From Eledone cirrhosa (Eukaryota): a stretch of DNA of 64,000 nucleotides. This document shows, piece by piece, positions 13,490 to 29,100 of this stretch; within the stretch, counting starts at the first letter, position 1, and each line of letters opens with the position of its first letter. The notes below the pieces were generated by a model that had not been told where the DNA came from, made no database searches, and worked only from the letters and a program-made list of their open reading frames with translations. The stretch covers positions 93,992,001 to 94,056,000 of the forward strand of contig OZ024740.1 of the NCBI GenBank assembly GCA_964016885.1. Direction: 5' to 3'. A program made the translations under genes and the position numbers.

Positions 13490-14246
13490 ACTTGAAAACT
13501 TAAAACCACAACTGAATACTAACCCATACAATCACTAATACTATTTTATTCCTAATTAAACCATTTTTCAACTGTGAACAATTTGTCAGCATTTTCTATT
13601 CCGTTTACCAATATATAATAACTTGTGTGTTACACCTCTATTCTTTTATCTATATATTATATATATATATATAAGTAAAAATTAGCGAGAATCGAATTTC
13701 AACCTATCAAATAACGAAAAAACACTTTCGAATTGTGAAGCAAGCGCACAATAATTCAAAAGAATTAGAGCGTAGAACTTAAGTTCAAGGCCAAACACAC
13801 TCAGATGGTGGTTAAACTAAGTATCCACTCACCGAAGATTCGATCTCCTATTTCGGGTCAAACAGATATACAGATATAAACATATATGAAAGCATAAATG
13901 TTTCATACTCACCGGACCCCTGGAATGATGGTAAAGTCCAGTGTTGGGGTCTCTGCGGCCCGGTAAGTCATTTACTGTCAACTTACATAAAGGATGTTAA
14001 GTTTCTCGTATCCTAACTGAACTATGGAGTGCGCGTTATCAACGGAAATCAGTTCTAAAGACCATATAGATGTGTATGTAACTGACCCCACGTGCATATA
14101 TATATATATAAATGAAATAGAATGAAACGAAATTTCATTTCTCACTCTTAGTACGGCAATTACTTAAATGTAAGTATGTATGTATGTATACGTACATACA
14201 TATATGTATACAGACGTACAATAGTATGTATATATATACAAACATG

Positions 14247-14278
<32 letters not shown>

Positions 14279-14451
14279 GATATGTGCACGTAATGTTAGG
14301 TAAATCGATACGTGCATATATATATGTGTGCATGTATGTATATATATACGTACTACTGAACGTCTGTATACATATATGTATGTACGTATACATACATACA
14401 TACTTATATATCTATATCTATATATCTATGTATATATATATATATATAATA

Positions 14452-14913
14452 ATATGAGAGACGTAAAATAAGCAAATTATAAAATTAACTTACTTACTAA
14501 AATTTCACTCCCAACTAATTAGTTTCTGAAAGGGAATAAATGTACTTTACGAAGAAAATACTGAGAAGCCTTTCGTCGTCAGGGAAGTCTATTCTCAGCT
14601 AAGTTTCCAGGCAAAGCGTGGACACAGGGAACTTATACAAAAATAATTCAGTGGATAGAAAATAGCAAAGCGTGGACTGAATTCCTAGCCATTGAGAAAA
14701 TCACTGCCTACTGCGTCGGCGGCAAATTCTAAAAGAATCAATCACGTGACATCGAGGTCAATCAGTGGAAAGTGGTTTGTTAAGAAGACAGCAGCCTGCC
14801 TGCTACCATAGCAGCAGTCTTGGCCAATATTGCTCGACAAATAATTTGGAGATAATTATAAAAAATTAATATATCTAGTAACATATATATACACACATTT
14901 CTTATTTTACGTC

Positions 14914-14922
<9 letters not shown>
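14452..14922 (-). repeat. Non-coding pLTR-like repeat family E; also 39330-40360 (tandem plus inverted) and a diverged relative at ~470-690
   Basis: Close sequence match between 14452-14890, 39330-39760 and, reversed, 39898-40250. Unit is ~520 bp and contains an HHR. Confidence 0.85.
14507..14588 (-). ncRNA. Type I HHR with ~50-nt stem II (family E); copies 39383-39464 (-) and 40112-40193 (+)
   Basis: Reverse complement: acttcc CTGACGA cgaaagg...cctttca GAAA ctaattag TT gggagt (6-bp stem I, palindromic stem III). Confidence 0.7.
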
Positions 14923-14949
<27 letters not shown>

Positions 14950-15036
14950 TTATATGTATATATATATGTATATATATATATATATATAGTTCTTCATACG
15001 GATTGGACACTACCGTAAACTCTTGGTAGATTTATC

Positions 15037-15079
<43 letters not shown>

Positions 15080-16619
15080 CCGTAACCATAATTAATCACG
15101 TTAGGAATAGCGGTAAACTTTAAGATCTATATTTACCCATATGGATAGTTTTCAGTTTGAATTAATAAAATTGGTTGGGTGTGGAGTTATTTTATTAAAT
15201 ATGCTTTGGTGTTGGCGATGTTTGTCGTATAATGTCAGTCTTCTACCCAGACAAAAATGTGGATTTGCAGTCACTGTTGATGCATAACCAGTCCCAGTAT
15301 ATATTGATGTTTCGTTCCTGTGCTGTGAGTGAACATAAATACATAATATATATCAGTCTACCATATTTGTAGATTTAGAAATTGAGAGGGAGGTGAAAAG
15401 AGGACTTGTTCATCAATAACTGGAATAGTAGATGCTTTAATTCTAGTAGCAGTTGCTGATGACAACAATTATGCTTTTTCACTTGATGTAGTCTTTGAAA
15501 GATTTAAATACGTGTGGCTGGTGAGCTATTATTGAAGAGTATCTGTGACTTCTCCTGTTGGTGCTGTAGTTACGTTTCTTGAACTCTATTTCAAGAATAT
15601 ATATGGCGAACCTTTTAAAAATGTATATGATGAATTAACGTGAATGAGATTCCAATATAATTTATATTCTTCTGCAACTTCTTCATCAAACAGTTATGGA
15701 ACAGTCGAATTGGACTTTTGGGAAAATATTTCAGATATGAAATATTCATGATTTCAGATAGGAAAAAAAATACATTTCATTAATAAGAAAGCTGATATCA
15801 TTCGCAGACCAATTTGTGTCGTTGTAGACTATCTAACTTTTCTTTCCCGTACTTTGTTAGCTCTCTGCTATTTGTGTGTGTGTGTGTGTATGTTTGTGTA
15901 TGTGTGTATGTGTGTGTGTATGTATGTGTGTGTGCGCGCGTGTGTGTGTGCGTGTGTGCGTGTGTGTGTGTGTTTCTTTGAGTGTGTGTGTACGTATGCA
16001 CGCACGCGCGCGTGGGTGTATGTATGCGCACATGTGTGTGTGTGCGTGTGTACATGTGTGTGTGTGCTAGAGTACAGGTTCCAGCTTTCCATATGGATAT
16101 TTAAGAACACGTTTATTCTCTAATTTATTACCTATGAAAATGTTCAATGTTTTAAGATAATTCGTTATACTAAATATGTTCTCCCCTTGTTTACTATATT
16201 ATTACAACAGTTTTTTTTTTTTATTATTTGTCTTGAAACATTTGTTAGGTTATTAAATGATTGAAGACATCTATTCTTTCTTCTTATTTTGTTGTATACG
16301 ACTTGTTTATGTGACACTAAATTCAACATTTTGGAAGATTAAGAATTTATGTTCAAAAGGTGTTACATAAGATATATGATGAAAATAAAAAGAAAATACA
16401 CAGCCGATCCGTTTTTATTTTATGTACATGTCGCATGTATAGTGCGAATCGAAAACAATCTTTTTACTTAAAAAATAAATGTTTCTTCAGGTGAAATTTA
16501 CTGGTGTTCCATAAATAATATTGTGGTCGTTTATTTTCATACAATGGTCTTAACTAACTGTAACTTTGTCTCTGATGCCGAGTAATAAAAACAGTTGACA
16601 AGGGTCTAAACTGTGGTCT

Positions 16620-17150
16620 GACCAAGTATTAAAGTTTATACTTGGAAACAGTGCAGCTTTCGCCTAAAATTTTCCATAAAACCTCTGCTATTTTCATTTT
16701 TTTTTCTTCTGATGTTGGTAATCTTCGTAAAATTGTAGAGCATTGAACTCTGGTACGGTTCTCCCTCTACATTCTTCTATATGTTGGCCAAGAGCGATAT
16801 TTTTTGTGTTGATCTCTAATTTGTTGGCGGTGAACAGTTATATATGGCCAAGGTAGTGTCTATGGCAACACTTATTTGTTGTAAAATATATTACATTTTT
16901 TTAGTTGAATGAGATGTCATTAATAATTTTGAAAATGGGGTCTCTTTTAGTGGAATTCGATTACTTCAAATATATAATTACACTGCCTGTATTACGGTGG
17001 TTGCATCTTTTAAGTACAGTTGTTTAGTTTCGGTTTGCAGATCTGTATTCGTTATTATCTGTGTTAGTGACTTGTTTACCATTTACAATTGGGTAATTTT
17101 GTAAGATGCTTTTCATTTGTTTCTTTTATTAGGATATATAGGTTTAGTTG
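16620..17150 (-). mobile_element. Old relic of a Neptune-type GIY-YIG endonuclease region
   Basis: Minus-strand peptides NVIYFTTNKCCHRHYLG, TVHRQQIRD and IALGQHIEEC parallel the endonuclease at 47440-47760. Boundaries approximate. Confidence 0.5.
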
Positions 17151-17358
17151 TATGCGTGTGTAGGAGACAGGCGTAGATTACTCCATCCAGTGGAATGTCA
17201 TTTCTTAGTCTAAGCCATATAATAATGAGAAACCATCTTGTGGGATGTGCATCGAAGAAAGGATTAATTGTGTGTTTACCTCCCTCATCAGAAGTGACTG
17301 TTTCTGCATATGCGTATTCGTAAAGTTGTTTCTTTTTCCAGAAAACTTCATTTAGCCC

Positions 17359-17395
17359 CAGCTGATAATCCGAATAAGGTGAAACAATTGTTCAC
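17359..17395 (+). ncRNA. Degenerate HHR (family B); second copy 2072-2106
   Basis: CTGATAA tccgaataaggt GAAA caattg TT vs CTGAGGA tcggctaatgttaa caattg TC. Both are followed by the same ~100-bp tail (tggtgaactaactgttgtg...) ending at TA repeats. Confidence 0.45.
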
Positions 17396-17475
17396 ACTAA
17401 TGGTGAACTAACTGTTGTGGAACTATTTCTACCAAACCCGTCCCACGGACTGAGTACTCTACTACAACGGATATA

Positions 17476-17734
<259 letters not shown>

Positions 17735-18711
17735 ATAATATATAATATATATCATGTTTGTGTGCGTGTGTATTTCCGTATGTGTGCGTGTTTTTTGTAT
17801 GTTTTTTTATATATGTGTATACGTGTGTGTGTGTGTGCCTGTTGAAATTGATTTTTGTAATTCTGTACACCTTCTAAATTTTAGTTTCTAAATATATGAG
17901 CTGAAAATATTTTATATGGTTTTGTTTTACGATACCACTAGTAAACAATTCTATTTAGAAATGTACCAGTCAGCGGATGCCAACACAAACATAAATGTTA
18001 TTAAAATAAAATAAAATAGTAATATTAAAACAATATCCACTTATTAATTATATGAATTAATATTTTTGAACCAGTAACTGATGCGATCAATAATATGTGT
18101 AAATTCGCGGGGAACTTATGTTGCTGGATATAGTATATCAGCTTCTTAAACATCACTAACGTTTATGCTAAGCTGAAATAATGACTAAACGTCTGAGCTA
18201 AATGTATTTCATTTGATTTATTTCGTATGATATATACATAATTTCAAATGTTGCTATTGGGCTTGCCAGAACTCAACCATACGTTTTCAGTGCAAAATTA
18301 TTCGTATTCAGTCATCATAAATAATATATAACACTACAGTGCAGCAATAATTTACCCTATAAGGCATAATTTTAGAGTTGACATTATACGCTCTTTAATA
18401 TTATTAACGTGTAAGAAGCTAATCCAATTTTCTCCTATGGGAATTTGATAAGCAAAAATGTTTTCTTCAAGAAAGAAAATTCACCGTATTAAAAGAAGAC
18501 TGATGAAAAAAAAAGAAAATGAAACAAAATAAATATTTTACATTTAACCTGTATGTGTGATCACGGATGTGTTAATATGAAATAACTTTAACTAACCAAA
18601 TTTGAGATATAAGACGTGAACACTATTAATTTCAATTCATCAAATGAAATCAAATACCGTAGATGGGAAAAGTGATATTAAATATATTTATATGCGAAAA
18701 CACATACACAC

Positions 18712-18798
<87 letters not shown>

Positions 18799-18920
18799 AA
18801 TCAATACATGAGAGCCGTTATTCGATGCAAATAACACGTGATTTCGCCCTAGCCTGGGCAGCGTATATATTAGCTTTCTCTCTATTCATGAGGTTAGATG
18901 TGTCGTGAACGGTATCCACA

Positions 18921-18997
18921 TTTGCTGACTGAGGAACCTGTGGGCTGTTTTACTGCACATTTCGGTGGTGAAACGAAGCGAGATTCGTATCAGCAAA
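18921..18997 (+). ncRNA. Canonical type I hammerhead ribozyme
   Basis: tttgctga CTGAGGA acc...ggt GAAA cgaa gcgaga ttcg TA tcagcaaa. Perfect 8-bp stem I, 4-bp stem III plus A-U, GUA triplet with predicted cut after 18989. Confidence 0.88.
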
Positions 18998-19183
18998 CTT
19001 ATAGCTATAAGGTTGGTAATTTAAAACTCTGATTCGGAGATTTGATTCTGACATAGTTTTTTTCTATTTAATTGCTAAACCTGTAGATATTGTTCTCTAT
19101 ACAGTAACGGTAAAAATCACTTGTAATAATTCTTTACTCACATCTCACTGTGTAACACACTTCTCTTTGGGTAATATGTTCGT

Positions 19184-19246
<63 letters not shown>

Positions 19247-19327
19247 CCAGTTAAGCATATCTAAAACCGTATTTCTTTGGAGATACTAAATATTTATACA
19301 TATTGTATGAATGAAGCGAAATCTACC

Positions 19328-19379
<52 letters not shown>

Positions 19380-19597
19380 TTAGTTATACTATTTATGGTT
19401 GTGTAGATACAAAACCTTATGCAGTTATAAGAATTTTACACACACCCTAAATAGTGGTAGGCAGTAATGTATTACTACCTTAAATTCTGTAATGAATGTT
19501 GACCCACAATGTTTGAATATGTATCAATGTTTGAATATGTATCGGTATGTCTCTCGGCTGAAAACGAGGTCATATAACTGTCCATGCATTAATAAAT

Positions 19598-19644
19598 TGC
19601 TCCGAAGAAACCAAACCTCGGTTTGGAGGAAACAGCTGTAAGCA
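19598..19644 (+). ncRNA. HHR motif with CCGAAGA core
   Basis: tgct CCGAAGA aa ccaaacc tc ggtttgg ag GAAA cagctg TA agca. The base of stem II is mismatched. Confidence 0.55.
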
Positions 19645-19675
19645 CAATAATGTTTTGAACAGTTCTTTGATTCTT

Positions 19676-19729
<54 letters not shown>

Positions 19730-19734
<5 letters not shown>

Positions 19735-19971
19735 TAAAATAACAGATTAAAGTTTAAGCAAAGAATCGCTGCTTTCACCCTTAAAGGGATCTTCTGAAAC
19801 TAACAAAGTCAATCTGTAAACGCAGAACTTGATATTTCAAAAAACGTTGCAACGTTTTTTGAAATATCCAGTTTTGCGTTTACAGATTGACTTTGTTAGT
19901 TTCAGAAGATCCCCTTAAGGGTGAAAGCAGCGATTCTTTGCTTAAACTTTAATCTGTTAGTTTAATAAATA
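19730..19971. repeat. Near-perfect palindrome (centre ~19850) with divergent HHR motifs at 19751-19801 (-) and 19898-19948 (+)
   Basis: agttt CAGAAGA tccccttaagggt GAAA gca gcgattctt tgc TT aaact on each arm; the core has U4A in both. Confidence 0.8.
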
Positions 19972-20139
19972 TTTGCTCTTCGGTTCTTATATATTTGATA
20001 TATATTTTCCTTATCGAGCCCTCTTTGGATATTAGTCTTCAATTTTATTATTATTACTATACATATATGTATATACGTAGGTCCCGGGTTGAGTCGGGGA
20101 TAACCACAGTAAGTAAGGTACTCAATACATGGCAGAGTA

Positions 20140-22119
<1,980 letters not shown>

Positions 22120-22139
22120 ATTCAGAAACGAAATATCGT

Positions 22140-24550
22140 AAGCCTTAGCCAGGCTAACAAGATACTGAAGGCCAGTGTCTATATTACCCTTACCATAAAA
22201 ACAATGAGAACCTTAATTATGTTAACTTTAAATCTAACCATCCTACCAATATCAAGAATGCTATAGTTAATAATATTGGAAATAGAATATCAAACATATC
22301 TTCTAATAAAAACATATTTGATGCTAACGCCAATTACCATAATAACGCACTTTCTAAAGCCGGCTATCCAGATAAAATCAAATATAGTAAAGAAACAAAT
22401 TCTAGAAAAACTTACAGTAGAATAATTAATCATGACCATTCCAATAATTTTAATAAAAGACCTAGATACAAAAACATAATCTGGTATAATGCTCCTTTCT
22501 CCATCTCTATTAATAACAATATTCCTAAATTATTTTTTAGTGCCTTAAATAAATGCTTCCCTCCCTCACATATCTATAGTAAAATATTTAACAAACACAC
22601 CATCAAATTTTCGTATTCTACATCCTCCAATATTTCCAACATCATCTCTAAACACAACAATAAAATACTAAATACTAAATCTCTTCCTTCCAATATTGAA
22701 TTTCATAATAACAGTAATAGTACTCCCGACGTCATTGTAAACCCTAGGCTAACTTCTGTAAACCCAAATACAACGTCAAACACAACTTCGCTAAATGTTC
22801 ATAATCCAACTCTAAACCAAGAAAGTATTATTCCTATGATTCCTATCGCAAACAACTTCTCCAATCCAATTCCTTCTATAGATAACACTAGATCACTCAT
22901 TAATAATCTCTCTAATTGCAACTGCCGCATTAAAAATAAATGTCCTCTCAACAACCATTGTCTCGATAAAAACTTAATTTATGAATGTAAAATTATAACT
23001 AGCACCAATTCCTTCACCTATTTTGGCTCCACTTCCAACTCTTTTAAAGCTCGTCTCTATAATCATCATTCATCTTTCAAATACAAACTTAAAAGAACTA
23101 ACACTGCTCTCTCAGAACTCATATGGTCCTTAAAAGACAAAAAACATTAAATATACCATCTTTTGGAAGAAGATTTCTTCTGCATCCTCATACTTGAACA
23201 GCTCTCTATCTAAAATCTGTAATCTCTGCCTAAATGAAAAATTTACCATTATCTCTAACCTAGATTCTATAATAAATAGACGCACAGATTTGTTTTCTAT
23301 CTGCCTGCATAAATTCCATAGAACTTTTCACGAAGTATACAGTTAATATTCAATTCTTTATCAATTTAGAATCTCTTCTCAAAGGCACATATACATACAC
23401 CTCTTTAAAATATACCCATCTACCTTACTTTAAAGGGCATTATACACTCTATAATACTTGTTTACTCATTACCCTCATTCTATCTTCACCTTGTAAAATC
23501 ATAACATATACATTTGTTGTTTTTGACGTTAGAATATTCATCCGCAATCATTATTATTTTTTCTCTCTATCATAAATCTTTTTAATCTCAATTTCATCCT
23601 TAATTTATTATTTTTTTCTCCCCATCAACGAACTCATTATTAATACATATTAACGATTTATTCGCATATACTATCAATTCCTTCAATATACAAACTTTAA
23701 CTTCACATTATTTTTCTCAAATCCTTCTACACACAAACCTTAATAATTTTTCTCTTCGTTAATTTTGAAATTGCCACAATACATACATTTCTTTTTTTGA
23801 CGTTAGAATATTCATCCACAATTATTATTTTTTTCTCTCTATCTTCATACATAATTTCCCCTCGTTAATTTTCAAATTCCTTTAATTTATACATTATCTT
23901 CCAACGGATCCCAACCTCTCTATGTTAAAACAATATATCTTTTTCTCAGTTATAAAAACTATCTCTTTCTCTCTATCACCCATCTCTCCCTCTCCACCTT
24001 CACTCTCATCTCCTCCCCCTTTTTTTCATCCTTTCCACCCCCCTCCCTAAATAAAATATTTTTTCCTCGCACATATCCTCCCTTCGTTAATTTTCAAAAT
24101 TTTTAATTTATACGTTATCTTCCAACGGTTTTCAACCTCTCTATGTAAACAATATATCTCCTCTCAGTTATAAAAACTATCTATTTCTCTCTATCACCCA
24201 TCTCTCCCTCTCATCTCCTTCCCTTTTCATCCTTCCCCCCCCCTCTCTAAATAAAATATTTTTCCCAATATCACACATCAATCTAAAACCACTTTTCATA
24301 TGTTGATTTAAAACTGCACTATCCACAAGTGTTTTTTAGCCTTCATATCATGTTCTCCTGTTTTATCTGATGAAAACACAAATATTATTGCATGATGATA
24401 TTTGTTTTTGAAATGCGCATAATAAAATACATGGAACTCCTTTAACCATCTTTTGATCTTATATTATGCATACTCCAGTCCTACAAACTGTAGAGTGCTT
24501 CTTATCCGATATCTGCATTGCTTTATTGTACTACAATAAAACTCACCTCC

Positions 24551-24556
<6 letters not shown>
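22140..24556 (+). mobile_element. 5'-truncated Hydra-type PLE (RT thumb, linker, GIY-YIG, long 3' UTR)
   Basis: YYPYH, SNHP, IIWYNAPFS, CNCRIKNKCPLNNHCL, LIYEC...YFGST, RLYNH, CNLCLNE, ICLH. The UTR has internal ~180-bp duplications and ends at (TA)n. Confidence 0.85.
24361..24427 (+). ncRNA. Type I HHR in the PLE 3' UTR (family K)
   Basis: ttttat CTGATGA aaacacaaatatt...atatttgttttt GAAA tgcgca TA ataaaa. Confidence 0.82.
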
Positions 24557-24643
<87 letters not shown>

Positions 24644-25339
24644 CGAGACAGGCAAACCGTATAACTTTAATAATTATTTTTCAATCTAGCTAACTAATAT
24701 TAATTTTTGTATTCTGAAACATCAAAATACAACAATTTATTGGTCACTGGACTCGGGAATGTCACGACAGAAGTTTGTGGAAGTTACACAAATATTTTAG
24801 TATATTTTAGCAGAGCAATCCTTATTTATATTTTACATTTTTCATTTACTTACATCTCAATATAACATGGCTAAATTCAAATTTTGCAAAGAGAAGAAAA
24901 CGGTCAAATGAACTAGATACATCGCACTGTCCCCCGCCACCACAATAACTTCTACACTCTCTCCCCACCATCACATGTCATTACCATACCATACCCTATC
25001 TAGACTAAAGTAATCGACCTGTTGTCAAACTCTCTACTCTCTGTTGAATGTGTATATCTATATATATATGTATGTATATATGTGTATATACATCACTCAG
25101 TTAAACGACCAGACTTCAACCCCAACATCTACAACAAAAACACTGGCACTAATGGTTACAGCAACAACAGCTTCAGAATGAATTGAAATGAACATTTACA
25201 ACAACAGCGGCATCAAAAGATAATTTAAAAAAAAAAAAAAAATCAAAATAACAAAACACACACACACGCACACAACACAACAACAACATCAACTGCCACC
25301 ATCACCAGCCACCGGGCCTTAAGAAAACAACTTTAATAA

Positions 25340-25500
25340 TAATTTTTCTGCTTTTGGCATGGATCCAGCGACTGGCGCAGCGCATCACTGGTACTCTCTT
25401 TTGTTGACTCTGTGGGGATGAAAGGCAAGGTTGACCTCGGCGGAATTTAAGCTCACAGTGTGGAGAGTCATAGCTCTATGCTGTAAAGCAATTATAATAA
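25340..25500 (-). mobile_element. Decayed Deu/Nin-domain-like SINE
   Basis: ctggtactc...ggatgaaaggcaaggttgacctcggcggaattt matches the SINE core seen at 32360-32535. Confidence 0.6.
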
Positions 25501-25593
25501 TACTGGACTGTAGTACGATCGGCTTCAACTATACAAACTATTGAAAGTCAACAGTTGACATAATCGTGTAATCTTGTATCAGTAATGACGGTA

Positions 25594-25627
<34 letters not shown>

Positions 25628-26119
25628 AATTGAGTAGAGTAGCGTGTGTGTATTTGTTTGTATGTATGAGTGTTGCTGTGTGCGCGCATATGTATGCGCG
25701 TGTGTGTATGTCGTACGTATAAGTGTCAATACGTGATTTTTTTTTTTTTTTTTTGGCGCGGGTACATAGAAATAATCGTGCTGGATGCCCTATCGCGCAG
25801 TTAAACCACATGGAGTGAAGAACCCCTAGCGCTTGTCAGGGCATTCTTCTAGGAGAAGGCATATCAGGACAATGGGTTAACTCCGACATAAAACCTGCGG
25901 CTCAGTAGTTACCGATGATGTTGATCTTTTCTTCTTTTCGGGTTATAGCTACTGTCGCTCAGAGAGTGGGATTGGCTCAGTGCACAGTCTTTCCTCACTT
26001 TAAAAATATTCGTCACGCACAGACATTGCACGAGTGCATTAATAATTATTAATAGTGTACTATTATTATTATTATTATATTATTACTATTATTATTACAT
26101 TTTTTTTTTCCCCAATTCA

Positions 26120-29100
26120 ATGATATTCCAGAACAATGTAAAAGAGATAATTGGCAATTTAGGTTCTGGAACAAAAAAGATCATTGGCAATAAGGGCAGG
26201 AGACCCAGGTTTTCACAGCCTGGGCCCGCTCGTCATCGTGCCATTGTAATAGAGCCAAACAGGGCATTTGGTCTTGGCTGCTGGAACGTACCGGCGCTGC
26301 TTGACAGGGATTCCTTGGAGCGTCCTGAACGAAGGACCGCTCTTGTTGCAAAGGAGCTTCGACGTTACGATCTTGACATCGTGGCTTTATCTGAGACGAG
26401 GTTAGCTGGAGATGGTCATCTTCCGGAATTTTGTGGAGAACATACATTCTTCTGGAAAGGAAGAGATGAAGTAACCAGAAGAGAGGCTGGGGTAGGATTT
26501 GCTGTTAAGACCGTACTTGTGAACAAATTAGAAGAATTCCCAGTAGGGATTAGTGAGCGTCTTATGTCCATGAGAGTTCCGCTGGACAAAGGAAGATATG
26601 CTACCCTGGTGAGTGTGTATGCTCCAACTATGAGTTCTGTCGATGAGGAAAAGGTGTCCTTTTACCATGCCTTGAAAGCTGTTTTAAGAAATATCCCTCA
26701 GGCAGACAAAGTCATCGTGCTTGGTGACTTTAATGCTAGAGCGGGTAGGGATTTTAACACATGGAATGTAATCGGAAGGCATCGGGTGGGAAAGTTTAAC
26801 AGCAATGGTATGCTCCTGCTGCAGATGTGTGAGGAGCTGGATCTGTGTGTTACCAACACCATGTTCCAACAAAAGAACAAATTCAAGACCACATGGATGC
26901 ATCCTGCATCTAAGGAATGGCATCTTTTGGACTACGTCCTAGTCAGGATGCGTGACAGATAGGATGTGCAGTGTGTTCGTGTTCGGACGGACCACCGCCT
27001 GGTACGCGCAAAAGTGAAACTAATCACTAAACGTAATATCCGGGCTCGTGGTGTTGCCCTGCCGAAAATATTGAATGCTCCTCGTCTTAAGGATAAAAAT
27101 GTGAAGAGGACATTGGAAGAAGAGATGCAGGCTGCAGATCTTGGTGAGGATTGGCCGACCCTTAAAAAGTCGGTTTTTGATGTAGGCAGGCGTGTTCTGG
27201 GATTGTCGCAGAGGAAACATCAGGACTGGTTTAATGGGAATGATGTACATATAGAAGACTTGTTGGCTGATAAGAGGCGTGCTCTGTCACGCTACTTGAC
27301 GGCAAAACCACAGGAGAGGAGTACGTTGCATGAGGAACTCAGGGATGTAAAATCACGTGTTAGGCGGAGTCTTTCTCAGATGAAGGATCAGTGGTGGAGT
27401 GAGAAGGCTGGTGAAATACAAACTGCGTCTGATTCCAATAACACAAAGCTGTTGTACAGTCTCTTGCGTGAGGTTTATGGACCGTCTTCTTCTCTGCTGA
27501 CACCGCTTCGCAGCAAGGATGGCAAATAACTTCTTCGTGACTCAAAAGGAATTCTACGAAGGTGGCGAGAGCACTTTGATGATCTTTTGAATCAGCCGTC
27601 TGTCGTCAGTGAAGATTTCCTCAATCTCATTCCAGAAAGTCCTGTGAAAGTAGCTCTCGCAGAACCTCCGACGCATGTGGAGGTTGCAGTGGCTATTTCG
27701 AAGCTGAACAGTGGAATATCTCCAGGTATGGATGGCATACATGCTGAGCTCCTACAATATGGTGGTGAGAGACTCATGCAACATCTTCACTCTTTGTTTG
27801 GCAGGATATGGGCTAATGAATCCGTACCTGAGGACTGGAGAGATGCAGTAATGGTGGTTTTGTACAAGGGAAAGGGTAACAGGAACGATTGTGGGAACTA
27901 CAGAGGTATATCATTGCTTCCTGTCGTAGGGAAAGTTTTATGTAGGGTGCTTCTGGACCGTCTGCTGACACACATTGCAGATTGTGTTCTTCCTGAAAGT
28001 CAATCTGGTTTTCGTGCTGGACGCGGCACTACTGATATGATCTTCTCAGCTAGACAGCTCCAGGAGAAGTGCATGGAACAAGGCTTGGATCTTTATCAGG
28101 TTTTTGTCGATCTGACAAAAGCTTTCGATACTGTTAACAGAGATGCATTATGGAAGGTTCTCCAGAAACTTCGTTGCCCTGATAAGTTCCTTGCTTTAGT
28201 TAGGTCTTTCCATGACGACATGAAGGCTTGGGTTAATGTCGGGGGTAACATGTCGGAGCCTATCTCAATAAAAAATGGAGTGAAACAGGGGGATATTCCA
28301 GCACCGACCCTGTTTGCCATATACTTTGCAATGGTTTTTCTGTATTGCATTCAGGAATTGCGAGAATAGTGTTTACATCCGATATCGAATCTCAGGCAGC
28401 ATATTTAACATCAGGCGCTTTGCTGCGAAGACAAAAGTATTTACATCAATCATAAGAGACCTCTTGTATGCAGATGATTGCGATCTTGTAGCGCACACAG
28501 CGAGTGATATGCAGCACATTTTGAATGCATTTTCTGACGCTTGCACTGCCCTAGGTCTGACTGACAGTCTCCAGAAAACCGTCGTCATGTACCAACCTGC
28601 CCCTGGTAAGCAGTACACTGAACCAAACATCTATGTGTATGGCAAACGACTTGGAGTGGTTGATCAGTTTGTCTACCTGGGAAGCACTGTCAATCGATAT
28701 AGCAACCTTGACAGTGAAATCTCACTTAGGATTAGGAAAGCAAGTGATGCTTTCGGAAAGCTAGAAAAGCGACTCTGGGATCGGCGAGACATATGCAGGA
28801 GGACAAAGATAAAGGTGTACAGGGCATGTGTGCTCTCTTGTCTTCTTTATGCCTACGAGACCTGGGTCACATATCGAAACCACCTTAAGCAATTGGAGCG
28901 TTTCCATCAGACATGTCTCAGACGGATCCATGGCGTTCACTGGAGGGACCACAACAGTGATGTCGAGATTTTGGAAAGCTCTATGTGTGACAGTATAGAA
29001 TATCTTGTGCTTAAGCAACGACTCCATTGGAGTGGTCACCTTGCCAGGATGAAGGATTCTAGAATACCAAAACAACTCTTTTATGGAGAGTTGGTTAAAG

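Noticed and set aside
17200-17300. Isolated minus-strand CTGATGA at 17285-17291
   Set aside because: No compatible GAAA, stem III or stem I arrangement.
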